Below, piece by piece: positions 52,947 to 62,180 of a stretch of DNA of 64,000 bases (positions are counted from its first letter, which is position 1; the number at the start of each line of letters is the position of its first letter). The position numbers and the translations under genes were made by a program. Location of the stretch: assembly GCA_027365055.1 (NCBI GenBank), contig DAHXOD010000001.1, positions 1,172 to 65,171 on the forward strand, in the 5' to 3' direction. The notes under the pieces were generated by a model. The model did not search any database. It saw only the letters and a program-made list of their open reading frames with translations, and was not told the origin of the DNA. Source of the stretch: a bacterium (GTDB taxonomy: Bacteria > Actinomycetota > Acidimicrobiia > Acidimicrobiales > RAAP-2).

Positions 52947-53130
52947 CGGGTGCGATGTGATGTGGTGTGATGCGATGTGTTGCGCTTTCTCCAGTGCCGA
53001 GTCGGATGATTCTGTACGATCCCGTGCCCTGTGGTCCCGCTGTCCCGAGAGCGAGCGCGGCGGGGCAGGGCGGGGCGGGACGGGCTCAGCCTACCGGGAA
53101 GGCCTGGCGACCACCCTGGTACCGTGGCCC

Positions 53131-54093
53131 ATGCAGATCGGCGCCCATGTCCGGGCAGGCAAAGGGCTGGTACCCGCCCTGGCGCACGGCGCCGAGATCG
53201 GTGCCGAGGTGGTACAGATCTTTACGCAGAGCCCCCGGACGTGGAAGCCGTCCCAGTACGGCCCCGATGTCCTCGACGCGTACCGGGAAGCCCAGGATCA
53301 GCACCCGTCGGTCCATCGGACGTTCTGTCACGCCACGTACCTGATCAACCTGGCGTCCCCGGACCCGGAGCTCGCCGCCAAATCGCGTGCCTGCCTGGAC
53401 GCCAACCTGGCCACCGCCGCCGGGATGGGGGCTGACGGCCTGGTGCTGCACATCGGAAGTCATCGCGGCAGCGGGTTCGACCAGGCGGTCCCTGCGGTCG
53501 TGGACGGGCTGCTCGGAGCGCTCGACTCGGTGAGCGGCGTCGCTCACGCATGCCCCATTCTCCTCGAGAACGCGGCCGGAGCCGGTGACACGGTGGGGCG
53601 GTCCTTCGAGGAGCTGGCCGAGGTGATCGCGGCGGCCGGTGGAGACGAACGGCTGGGTGTGTGCCTGGATACCCAGCATCTCTGGGCATCGGGAGTGCCG
53701 TTCGGGACGGTCGGGGAGGCAGACGCGGTGGTGGAGGCACTGCGATCCACCGTGAGCCTCGAACGCTTGCGCTGCCTGCATCTCAACGACTCCAAGGTCC
53801 CCTTCGGCGCCAATCGGGACCGGCACGCCAACATCGGCGAGGGGACGATCGGCGTGGACGGCCTGGCCAACCTGTTGGGTCGTGTGGCCCTGCAGTCGGT
53901 ACCAGCCATCCTCGAGGTGCCCGGGGACGGCGACGGGCCGCGTGCCGAGGACGTGGCTGCTGCCCGGCGCACCTGGGAGCTGGGTGTGGGCCGGGCCGCC
54001 CGCCCGGGGGGAGGCGACGTCGACGAGGGCTCATCCGCGCCGGATGGGACTCGGCCGAGCGATCGAACGGTGCCCGATGCGAGGAACGGCTAG
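53131..54093 (+). CDS. nfo: Deoxyribonuclease IV (endonuclease IV)
   Basis: MQIGAHV.., FTQSPR.W, LVLHIGSH, LLENAAG, CLDTQH.WASG and LHLNDSK motifs, with a C-terminal tail of about 40 aa. The upstream part of the track ORF is antisense to the PPOX gene. Confidence 0.9.
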   Translation: MQIGAHVRAGKGLVPALAHGAEIGAEVVQIFTQSPRTWKPSQYGPDVLDAYREAQDQHPSVHRTFCHATYLINLASPDPELAAKSRACLDANLATAAGMGADGLVLHIGSHRGSGFDQAVPAVVDGLLGALDSVSGVAHACPILLENAAGAGDTVGRSFEELAEVIAAAGGDERLGVCLDTQHLWASGVPFGTVGEADAVVEALRSTVSLERLRCLHLNDSKVPFGANRDRHANIGEGTIGVDGLANLLGRVALQSVPAILEVPGDGDGPRAEDVAAARRTWELGVGRAARPGGGDVDEGSSAPDGTRPSDRTVPDARNG

Positions 54094-54153
54094 GGTCCCC
54101 ATCCGTTGACTGCGGGGGTTCCGGGGAGGATCCGCAAGCGAAGGGAGCACGCT

Positions 54154-55548
54154 ATGACCACCACGTCCACCCGGGCGGAGTCCGACAGCATGGGCACGGT
54201 CGACGTACCGTCCGAGTACTACTACGGCGCCCAGACCGCCCGTTCCCTCGAGCACTTCCCTATCGGGACCGACCGGATGGCACCGGCACTGGTTCGGGCG
54301 ATGGGCGTGATGAAGGAGGCGGCGGCCGTGGTCAACGCCGAGTTGGGAATGCTCGCACCGGAGAAGGCCGACCTCATCATCCAGGCGGCACGTGAGGTCT
54401 CGGACGGTCAGCTCAACGACCACTTCCCCCTCAGTGTCTGGCAGACCGGCAGCGGTACCCAGTCCAACATGAACGCCAACGAGGTCATCGCCAACCGGGC
54501 CATCGAGCTGGCCGGTGGGGTCCTGGGCTCCAAGTCCCCGATCCATCCCAACGACGACGTGAACCTCTCCCAGTCCTCGAACGACACGTTTCCCACGGCG
54601 ATGCACATCGCCGCAGTCGAGGAGATCACCCACCGCCTGTTGCCGTCGATCAGGCAACTCCGCGACGCGCTGGAAGCGAAGTCGGCGGAGTTCTCCGGCA
54701 TCACCAAGATCGGCCGCACGCACCTGATGGACGCGGTGCCGCTCACCCTCGGTCAGGAATTCTCGGGCTATGTCGCCCAGCTCGATGCCGACCTGGTCCG
54801 CATCGAGTCGGTGCTGACCGATCTCTACGAGCTGGCGGCCGGCGGTACGGCGGTGGGGACCGGCCTGAACAGCCATCCCGAGTTCGGAACCCGGGTGGCG
54901 GCCGCGATCGCGGAACTGACCGGCCTGCCCTTCGTGAGTGCTCCGAACAAGTTCGCGGCGCTGGCTGCCCACGACGCCGAGGTGGCAGCCAGTGGCGCAC
55001 TTCGCACCCTCGCCACCTCGCTGATCAAAATCGCCGACGACATCCGTTGGCTGGGCTCCGGTCCCCGCAGTGGGTTGACCGAGCTCCGGCTGCCCGAGAA
55101 CGAGCCCGGCTCCTCGATTATGCCCGGCAAGGTCAATCCCACCCAGTGCGAAGCCCTGATCATGGTGTGTGTCCAGGTCTTCGGTAACGACACCGCCATC
55201 GCCATGGCCGGCACCCGAGGCAACCTCGAGCTCAACGTCTGCAAGCCGGTGATCATCCATAACCTGCTGCACTCGATCGTGCTGCTCAGTGACGCGGCGG
55301 GGACGTTCACCCGATTCTGCGTGGTGGGCCTGGAGCCCGACTTGCCCCAGATCCGGCGTCACCTCGACAATTCGCTCATGCTGGTGACCGCGCTGAACCC
55401 CTTGATCGGCTACGACCGATCGGCCGAGGTGGCGAAGCGTGCCCACAAGGAGGGGATCACCCTCCGGGAGTCGGTCATCTCCCTGGGGTACCTGACCGGC
55501 GAACAGTTCGACGAGGCGGTACAACCCGATTCCATGACGCATCCCTGA
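54154..55548 (+). CDS. fumC: Class II fumarate hydratase
   Basis: [51 protein letters not shown] and [17 protein letters not shown]. Internal ATG 54154 has a GAAGGGA SD upstream. Confidence 0.93.
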   Translation: MTTTSTRAESDSMGTVDVPSEYYYGAQTARSLEHFPIGTDRMAPALVRAMGVMKEAAAVVNAELGMLAPEKADLIIQAAREVSDGQLNDHFPLSVWQTGSGTQSNMNANEVIANRAIELAGGVLGSKSPIHPNDDVNLSQSSNDTFPTAMHIAAVEEITHRLLPSIRQLRDALEAKSAEFSGITKIGRTHLMDAVPLTLGQEFSGYVAQLDADLVRIESVLTDLYELAAGGTAVGTGLNSHPEFGTRVAAAIAELTGLPFVSAPNKFAALAAHDAEVAASGALRTLATSLIKIADDIRWLGSGPRSGLTELRLPENEPGSSIMPGKVNPTQCEALIMVCVQVFGNDTAIAMAGTRGNLELNVCKPVIIHNLLHSIVLLSDAAGTFTRFCVVGLEPDLPQIRRHLDNSLMLVTALNPLIGYDRSAEVAKRAHKEGITLRESVISLGYLTGEQFDEAVQPDSMTHP

Positions 55549-55620
55549 GCCTGCACCCCACCGCGGAAGCCTGCCTGGGGCCGGTCGTCACCCCGGGGCC
55601 GGGTCATCTGAAGGAGACCT

Positions 55621-56862
55621 ATGACACCTGTCACCCGAACCGGAGCTTCGGAGGCGACCACCCCGGAGTACGCGTCCGTGTCGATCACCGATGGAGCGTT
55701 CTACGGCGGCGACCCGTACCCGGCCTTCGCCTGGATGCGCGAGCATGCACCGGCCTACTGGGATGCCGTCGGCGGCGTCTGGGGCATCACCCGGTACGCG
55801 GATGTGAAGGAGATCTCCAAGGACCCCGAGACGTTCTCCAATGCCGGCGGCATCCGCCCGGACAGCGACGCGCTGCCGATGATGATCGATACCGACGCCC
55901 CTGAGCACGTCCGACGCCGACGCCTGGTCAGCGAAGGGTTCACCCCGGCTCGCATCCGATCCGGCGAGGAGGGGATCCGCTCCGTCTGCGACTCGATCAT
56001 CGACCGGGTCTGCGAGTCGGGCTCGGCTGATTTCGTGACCGACATCGCAGCGCCGCTGCCGATGATCGTGATCGGCGACCTGCTCGGGGTGGCTCCGGAC
56101 GCTCGTGACGACTTGCTCCGGTGGTCCGACGACATGCTGAAGGCACTCGGCTCACCGGACCCCGGTGCGATGGAGACGGCGACCCTGGCGGCCATCGAGT
56201 ACGCCGGTTACATCACCGGTGTCATGGAGGATCGTCGCCGCGACGGGACGCGGGACGATCTCATCGGCACGCTCGTCCATGCGGAGATCGACGGTGACCG
56301 GCTCGACGACCAGTCGCTGATCTACGAGTCCCTGCTCATCCTGATCGGGGGTGACGAGACCACCCGTCATGTGATCAGCGGCGGCATGTACGAGCTGCTC
56401 CGCCACCCCGACCAGCTCGAGGCGCTCCGACGCGACCGAGAATTGCTTCCCTCGGCGGTGGAGGAGATGCTGCGCTGGGTCTCGCCTATCAAGAACATGG
56501 CGCGCACCGTGACCCGTGACGTGGAGCTCCATGGCCAGCGACTGAGCGCCGGCCAGAAGCTGCTGCTGCTGTACCCGGCAGCCAACCGTGACCACACGGT
56601 GTTCGATGATCCCGAGCACTTCGACATCACCCGGACCCCGAACGACCACGTGGCGTTCGGGTTCGGCTCCCACTTCTGCCTGGGGAACCGGCTCGCCCGA
56701 CTTGAGCTGCGGGTGATGTTCGACCGGCTCCTCGACCGGTTGCCCGATCTGTCGCTCGCCAGCGAGGACCCGCTCCCGATCCGCCCCGCGAACTTCGTCT
56801 CCGGCTACGAGTCGATGCCGGTGGTGTTCACACCGACGGAACCGGGCGGGGCCGGTCGATGA
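55621..56862 (+). CDS. Cytochrome P450
   Basis: FGFGSHFCLGNRLAR haem loop, GGDETTR I-helix and EEMLRW. GAAGGAGA SD upstream. Confidence 0.9.
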   Translation: MTPVTRTGASEATTPEYASVSITDGAFYGGDPYPAFAWMREHAPAYWDAVGGVWGITRYADVKEISKDPETFSNAGGIRPDSDALPMMIDTDAPEHVRRRRLVSEGFTPARIRSGEEGIRSVCDSIIDRVCESGSADFVTDIAAPLPMIVIGDLLGVAPDARDDLLRWSDDMLKALGSPDPGAMETATLAAIEYAGYITGVMEDRRRDGTRDDLIGTLVHAEIDGDRLDDQSLIYESLLILIGGDETTRHVISGGMYELLRHPDQLEALRRDRELLPSAVEEMLRWVSPIKNMARTVTRDVELHGQRLSAGQKLLLLYPAANRDHTVFDDPEHFDITRTPNDHVAFGFGSHFCLGNRLARLELRVMFDRLLDRLPDLSLASEDPLPIRPANFVSGYESMPVVFTPTEPGGAGR

Positions 56863-56880
56863 CGGCCGAAGCGACGTACC

Positions 56881-57201
56881 GTGGACGGAGGGGCCACAGT
56901 GCGTGAGCCGAAGCTCGACGAAGCGGAGGTCGCGGCGCTACTCGCTGCGCCGTCGGGACCGGACTGGCAACTCCGCGACGGGACACTGGTGACCGCGGTG
57001 ACCTGTGACGGTTTCGCCGGTGCCATGGCTTTCGTCGCTGCCGTGGCACTGGCGGCCGAGCAAGCCGACCACCATCCCGACATCGACATCCGTTACGACC
57101 GGGTGCTGCTCGCCCTAGTCACCCACGATTCCGGAGGGATCACTCGCAAGGACCTGGACCTGGCAGAGGTCATCGATCGGATCACCGAAGGGCGCCGCTG
57201 A
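56881..57201 (+). CDS. 4a-hydroxytetrahydrobiopterin dehydratase (PCD/DCoH-like)
   Basis: ..W.L.DG.L....F..F..A..F...VA..AE...HHPDI...Y..V.L.L.TH..GG+T..D pattern. Start is GTG 56881 or GTG 56899. Confidence 0.8.
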   Translation: MDGGATVREPKLDEAEVAALLAAPSGPDWQLRDGTLVTAVTCDGFAGAMAFVAAVALAAEQADHHPDIDIRYDRVLLALVTHDSGGITRKDLDLAEVIDRITEGRR

Positions 57202-57236
57202 GGGCCCTCGATTCGTCGCCGGTCGGTCGGGGACCG

Positions 57237-57842
57237 TCAACCCAGGGGGAGGTCCCACAGCGGGAACCAGCGGTCCAGCTCGGGCTCGATGGTCACGTCG
57301 TCCGCAACCAGGCTCTTCAGCTTCAGCTCCTCGGTGGTGTCCCGGTGCTCGCGACCCTTCGGCACGAACGGGTAGAACGTGCCCCGCTTGAACAGGTACA
57401 CCAGGTAGGCGGACGAGGCGGCGACCACGGACGGAGCCTCGTTGCTCCCCGGATCCGGGGCCTCCACGGCGGCGAGACCGAACACGGAACAGAGCAGCTG
57501 GGCCCCCCAGCCGGCGTCGGCGAGCGAAGCGTTCACCAGATGGACCTGCGTGACCAGGGTGTCGATCTCCGGGTGTTCGATGACCACCCAGTGGTAGCCG
57601 TAGTCGTCCTCTGCCGTGCGCAGCGTCTCCCCACCTTGCATGGCGAGCAGCTTGGTCACCTCGGCTTGCATCTCGGCGAAGCCCTGGCCGCTCGGGGGCT
57701 TGTAGCAGACACCGGCTCGACCCGAGGTGGACATGCCCGCCGCGCTCTGCAGCGTGATCGCCACCGACGGCATGGCGAAGAGGGCGTCGAGGTTGGCCGG
57801 GACCGGTTTGGTCCGCCCCAGCAGTGTGGACAGCAGTCCCAT
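57237..57842 (-). CDS. PspA/HtpX-associated conserved protein (PspAB-like, name from memory)
   Basis: MGLLSTLLGRTKPVPANLDALFAMPSVAITL.. matches the N-terminus I remember for 'PspA-associated protein PspAB'. Its ATG shares 1 nt with the htpX stop. Confidence 0.65.
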   Translation of the reverse strand: MGLLSTLLGRTKPVPANLDALFAMPSVAITLQSAAGMSTSGRAGVCYKPPSGQGFAEMQAEVTKLLAMQGGETLRTAEDDYGYHWVVIEHPEIDTLVTQVHLVNASLADAGWGAQLLCSVFGLAAVEAPDPGSNEAPSVVAASSAYLVYLFKRGTFYPFVPKGREHRDTTEELKLKSLVADDVTIEPELDRWFPLWDLPLG

Positions 57843-58777
57843 CAGGACGGGCGACCCAGCTCAGCCTCGATCTTCGCCAGCTGTTCGAGGCGCTTGTCGA
57901 GCGAGGGGTGGGTCGAGAACAGCGTGGAGAGGCTGACTCCCTTCCCCGCGATCGCCGGCGTGAAGTAGAACGCGTTGAAGCTTTCCGCGGCCCGCAGGTC
58001 GCGTGTCGGGATCCGCGAGAGGTCCCCGGTCACCTTGACCAGTGCGGATGCGAGTGCCGATGGTCGGCCGGTGAGGATGGCCCCGGACCGATCCGCGGCC
58101 AGCTCCCGGTAACGCGACAGCGCACGAGTAAGCAGAAAGCTGATGGCATAGACCACGACGGAGACGACCAGCACCCCGAGCTCGATCAGTGCCGCGTTGT
58201 CGTTGCTGTTGTTGTTCCCACCGCGGCTGTTCCCGAAGCCGCCCATCATGCCGCTCCAAAAGAGGATCCGGGTGACCAGACCGGCGACGATGCCGAGGAA
58301 GCTGGCAATCGTCATCACCGCCACGTCACGGTGGGCGACATGGGAGAGCTCGTGGGCCAGCACTGCTTCGAGTTCGCCCTCGTCGAGCCGCCGCAGGAGG
58401 CCGCGAGTCGCACAGACCACGGCCGTGTCCGGGCTTCGGCCGGTGGCAAAGGCATTGGGCACATCGGTGTTGGCCAGCGCCACCCGGGGCTTCTTCATAT
58501 CTGCCAGAGCGCACAGTCGATCGATCACCCCGTGAAGTTGGGGTTCCTCTTCGGCGGTGACCAGGCGCCCCCCCATGCCGAACAGCGCGATCCGATCCGA
58601 GAACCAGTACTGCACGAACAGGATGGCCGCGGCGAAGACCAGCACCACGACAAAGGAGATTCCGAAGGCGATCAGGATCCCGATCACCGCTCCGTACAGG
58701 ATGACCAGCATCAGCCCGGTGGTGAACATCCGGAGTGTCAGGCCCCGATCGGAAGGGATGTTGCGCGCGGTACTCAT
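57842..58777 (-). CDS. htpX: Zinc metalloprotease HtpX
   Basis: HELSHVAHRD zinc motif, four TM helices and NAFATG. Internal ATG 58777 is used; the track N-terminal extension overlaps the next gene. Confidence 0.9.
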   Translation of the reverse strand: MSTARNIPSDRGLTLRMFTTGLMLVILYGAVIGILIAFGISFVVVLVFAAAILFVQYWFSDRIALFGMGGRLVTAEEEPQLHGVIDRLCALADMKKPRVALANTDVPNAFATGRSPDTAVVCATRGLLRRLDEGELEAVLAHELSHVAHRDVAVMTIASFLGIVAGLVTRILFWSGMMGGFGNSRGGNNNSNDNAALIELGVLVVSVVVYAISFLLTRALSRYRELAADRSGAILTGRPSALASALVKVTGDLSRIPTRDLRAAESFNAFYFTPAIAGKGVSLSTLFSTHPSLDKRLEQLAKIEAELGRPS

Positions 58778-58787
58778 CGGTCGTCGA

Positions 58788-59069
58788 CTAGGCCTCGTCG
58801 GGGGGAGCGGTATCAGCCAGCAGTGCCTTGGTCTCGGCGAGCGTCGCATCGGCAAACGGCACCACCAGCTCCGATGGGACGAAGGCATCGTCCGCCAGCA
58901 CCGTGCCGATCGACCGGACCTCCGATGCGAGGGCGCGTAGCGCAGGGCCGAACGCTGCGTCGTCGGCATGGTCCACCGCATGGAGCAAGGTGGCGTCGAG
59001 TTCGCCGAGCCGTTCCCGATGGCGCTCGTCCACGTCGTACTGACCTTCGCCGAGGATCCGGACGATCAT
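58788..59069 (-). CDS. PspA-associated small protein (PspAA-like, name from memory)
   Basis: MIVRILGEGQYDVDE..L..LD..L is the N-terminal signature I recall for PspAA. ATGA overlap with pspA. Confidence 0.7.
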   Translation of the reverse strand: MIVRILGEGQYDVDERHRERLGELDATLLHAVDHADDAAFGPALRALASEVRSIGTVLADDAFVPSELVVPFADATLAETKALLADTAPPDEA

Positions 59070-59851
59070 GACGAGGCTTCCTCGGTCGCACTGCCGTCGG
59101 CCGGAGACTCGCCGCCTGACACCGGTGCCGACGAGAGCTCGCCGGCCGGCCCGCCGCTGCCGATCTCCGCCTTCAGGGCTGCCAGGTCGTTGTCCACCTG
59201 GTCGGTAGCGGAGACCTTGTCGAGCTGGGCCTGGATATCGTCCACCGGGGCACTGAGGTTGGTCAGGGCACCGGATGCCAGCAGCTCGTCCATCGCACCG
59301 GCCCGGGCCTGCATGCCGTCGATCTTGTCCTGGGTCCGCTGGAGGGTCATGCCCGCATCGCTCATCGATTCGGAGATCCCCGAAACGGCCTCACCGATCT
59401 TGGTCTGGGCCTCGGCTGCGGTGTAGGTCGCCTTCATCGTCTCCTTGCGGGTCCGGAAGGCATCCACCTGGGCCTGGAGGCGCTTGGCCGTCTCGACCAG
59501 CTTGTCCTCTTGGACGGCGACCTGCTGATGTTGGGTGGCCAGGTCGGTGAGCTGCTCGGCCAAAGCCGCCCGGCGGGCCAGCGCCTCGCGGGCCAGGTCC
59601 TCGTTCCCCTGCCCGAGGGCTGCCTTCGCCTGCTGCTGCAGCTTGTCCGCCTGCTGCTGGAGCTGGGTCGCCTGCAGTTCGATGCGCTTTTTGGCAGTGG
59701 TGACGTCAGCCACGCTACGCCGCACCTTCTGCAGGCTCTCGAGTTGCTTCTGGTAGGACAGGTCGAGGGACTCACGGGGGTCCTCCGCCTTGTCGAGCAG
59801 CTTGTTGGTCTTGGCCTGCACGATCCCCGACAGGCGCTTCATGACGCTCAT
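59066..59851 (-). CDS. pspA: PspA/IM30 family protein
   Basis: MSVMKRLSGIVQAKTNKLLDKAEDPRESLDLSYQKQLE.. followed by long coiled coils. GAGGAAGG SD 9 nt upstream of ATG 59851. Confidence 0.9.
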   Translation of the reverse strand: MSVMKRLSGIVQAKTNKLLDKAEDPRESLDLSYQKQLESLQKVRRSVADVTTAKKRIELQATQLQQQADKLQQQAKAALGQGNEDLAREALARRAALAEQLTDLATQHQQVAVQEDKLVETAKRLQAQVDAFRTRKETMKATYTAAEAQTKIGEAVSGISESMSDAGMTLQRTQDKIDGMQARAGAMDELLASGALTNLSAPVDDIQAQLDKVSATDQVDNDLAALKAEIGSGGPAGELSSAPVSGGESPADGSATEEASS

Positions 59852-59918
59852 GGTGTGGGTCCTTCCTCGGTCGCCGTGCTGTGAGCTTAGGTGCTCGGCG
59901 CCCGGTAGCGTGATCGCT

Positions 59919-60893
59919 GTGTCCACCTCACGTTGCCTGCTCACGGTCCATGCCCATCCCGACGACGAGTCCTCCAAAGGGGCGGGAACGGTCGCCCGGT
60001 ACCACGCCGAAGGAGTACGAACGGTCCTGGTGTGCTGTACCGGCGGGGAGGAGGGTGACATTTTGAACCCGGCGCTGGACACGCCGGACGTGCGGGCTGA
60101 TCTACCGGCGAGGCGTCGCCAGGAGCTCGATCGAGCGACCGAGCTCATTGGCTATGACGAGGTGGTGCTCCTCGGGTACCGGGACTCAGGAATGCCGGAT
60201 TCGGAGGCCAACGCCAACCCGGACTGCTTCGCACGTGCGCCGTTGGACGAGGCGGTGGGTCGGTTGGTCGCCGTCATCCGGCGCGTACGACCCCAGGTGA
60301 TGGTGATCTATGGGGACGAGCAGTCCGGCTATCCCCATCCCGACCACCTCCGAGTCCACGAGGTAGGCCTGGCCGCGTTCCGCGCTGCCGGCGATGCCGA
60401 CCGTTTCGAGTCGGCCGGTGAACCCTGGCAACCACGCAAGCTCTACTACACGGTGTTCTCCGCTGCCCGCTTCCGCGAGGTCCATGCCAAGTTCGAAGAG
60501 CTGGGACTGGAATCCCCGTTCGACGAGAGCTGGCGGTCCCGGTGGGAGGGCATCGCGGAACAGCCCATCACCACAACGGTGGATATCTCGGCGTTCGCCG
60601 ACGTGCGCCGGCGGGCGCTGCTGGCCCACGCCACCCAGGTCGACCCCGAGTCCCCGTTCTGGTTCGGCCTGCCCCCCGAGGTGATGGACGCGATCCACCC
60701 TGCGGACGACTACCAACTGGCCCTGGTGGCCTCCCCGGTCCAGGGAGATCCACGCGGCGGGGCGGCTGCCGTGGAGTTCACCAGTATCGATCCGAACCGG
60801 ACTCGGGAGACCGACCTGTTCGCGGACAGTGACGATGCCGCGGTGGCTGGCCCCGACCGGGCTGGTGACCGGCACCAGTCGGCGATCCGTTGA
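59919..60893 (+). CDS. mca: PIG-L/LmbE-family deacetylase, mycothiol conjugate amidase Mca-like
   Basis: LLTVHAHPDDESSKGAGT, GGEEGDILNP, DSGMP, CFARAPL and GYPHPDHLRVHEV are collinear with my memory of M. tuberculosis Mca. An MshB-type function cannot be excluded. GTG 59919 is used as the start. Confidence 0.8.
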   Translation: MSTSRCLLTVHAHPDDESSKGAGTVARYHAEGVRTVLVCCTGGEEGDILNPALDTPDVRADLPARRRQELDRATELIGYDEVVLLGYRDSGMPDSEANANPDCFARAPLDEAVGRLVAVIRRVRPQVMVIYGDEQSGYPHPDHLRVHEVGLAAFRAAGDADRFESAGEPWQPRKLYYTVFSAARFREVHAKFEELGLESPFDESWRSRWEGIAEQPITTTVDISAFADVRRRALLAHATQVDPESPFWFGLPPEVMDAIHPADDYQLALVASPVQGDPRGGAAAVEFTSIDPNRTRETDLFADSDDAAVAGPDRAGDRHQSAIR

Positions 60894-61330
60894 GCGAACC
60901 GGCGGGGGCCCAAGGGACCGACGACCGTGCTACCGACGACCGTGACGCTGCCTGGGTCGAGGCCGTGACGAGCGCCGCGGCCACGGCAGTGGTCTGCCCG
61001 GGCGTGTCGGCCCGGGTTGTCGTCGAGATCACCGGGGGTGACCTGCTCCGTCGAACCCACTGGATCATCGACCAGGGTGTGCTGCGCTCGGCCGGGATCG
61101 GCCGGATCCCCGGTCCGGACGTGACCGTCTCGGTCTCCGGCGATGATGCCGCCGCTGTGCGGAACGGTGTGCTCGACCCCAGCGTCGCTTGGATGCAGGG
61201 ACGGGCAAACGTGACAGGATCGCCGGCCGCCTGGCTGGCACTCCTGGCGTCCACCGCCACACCGGCGTTCCGTCGACTGCGTCGGGATGCGGCGGAGCTG
61301 CAGGATGCGGCGGGGGTCACCCGAGACTGA
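60890..61330 (+). CDS. SCP2 sterol-binding-domain protein
   Basis: ..D..A..V..G.LDP..A.M.G...V.G....W......T pattern (..GDDAAAVRNGVLDPSVAWMQGRANVTGSPAAWLAL..). TTG 60890 overlaps the mca stop. Confidence 0.65.
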   Translation: MSEPAGAQGTDDRATDDRDAAWVEAVTSAAATAVVCPGVSARVVVEITGGDLLRRTHWIIDQGVLRSAGIGRIPGPDVTVSVSGDDAAAVRNGVLDPSVAWMQGRANVTGSPAAWLALLASTATPAFRRLRRDAAELQDAAGVTRD

Positions 61331-62075
61331 TCGCCTGCACCATCCCCGGGCTGGCACCCCCGAGGAACGGGAGGTGGATGGTCCCGGCGCTCTGCAGGAG
61401 GATCAGGGTCACCGCTCCGGAGAAGAAGACGATCAACGCCACCACCAGGACCGGCTGCACCTGTCTCCAGGTGACACCCCTGCGTTCCGAGGTGACCGCC
61501 GCCCGGCGCACGGAACGGGGGACCGGCCGTTCCACCACGGTCGTGACCGAGGGTGCGCCGGACGGTCCTTGATGGTTCAAGGCCAGTGCCGCCACGTCGT
61601 CAGCGAGGGACTCGGCATCGTGTGCGGGAGCGAGGAACCGGTAGGTGGCGAACGGGGTCTGCAAGCTGATCAGGGCCCCGTTTCCGGAGCCGGGCAGGGG
61701 GCGGTTGGTGGCGTTGGTGTCGAGGACCGCACCGGAAGTCGCCGCTGACCCGGAACGGTTCAGCTCGGGATCGACCCACCATTCGGGCGTGATCCCACCG
61801 TGCCACGGCTCGACCACGTGGGTCGTCAACGCTGCCCAGGGCAGGACCCGCGGAATCCCTTCTCCCGCCCGCTCCACGCGGACCCCCTCGCGGTCGAACG
61901 CAAGGGTGATCCGATCGAGCTGAACGGTGACCCGGCGGTCGGCACCGATGGTGACCAGGTAGAGATCGTCGATCCGCAGGGCCTCCGAGGCCAGGTCGTC
62001 GCTCGCCGGCAGTCCGGCGACATCCGGGAGCGAGGGCGGATCCGGTGGTTCAGTACTCATGGCGATTGCTCTCAT
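61317..62075 (-). CDS. Hypothetical protein with C-terminal TM anchor
   Basis: 252-aa ORF with good GC3. A single TM helix lies near the C-terminus (VQPVLVVALIVFFSGAVTLILL). No family recognised. Start is ATG 62075 or 62060. Confidence 0.5.
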   Translation of the reverse strand: MRAIAMSTEPPDPPSLPDVAGLPASDDLASEALRIDDLYLVTIGADRRVTVQLDRITLAFDREGVRVERAGEGIPRVLPWAALTTHVVEPWHGGITPEWWVDPELNRSGSAATSGAVLDTNATNRPLPGSGNGALISLQTPFATYRFLAPAHDAESLADDVAALALNHQGPSGAPSVTTVVERPVPRSVRRAAVTSERRGVTWRQVQPVLVVALIVFFSGAVTLILLQSAGTIHLPFLGGASPGMVQAISLG

Positions 62076-62180
62076 CGGTGCGGAGGCAGGCTAGCCCCAC
62101 CGCGGACACCAGTGGCGTGTCGTAGTCGCGGGGAACGGTCGTCATCGCCCATCCATCATCGAGGGACGGGTCCCGAGGGA

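Noticed and set aside
52564-53130. N-terminal 189 codons of the 509-aa track ORF that ends as endonuclease IV.
   Set aside because: This part is antisense to the PPOX gene and crosses the intergenic region. Endonuclease IV similarity begins at ATG 53131 (MQIGAHV..).
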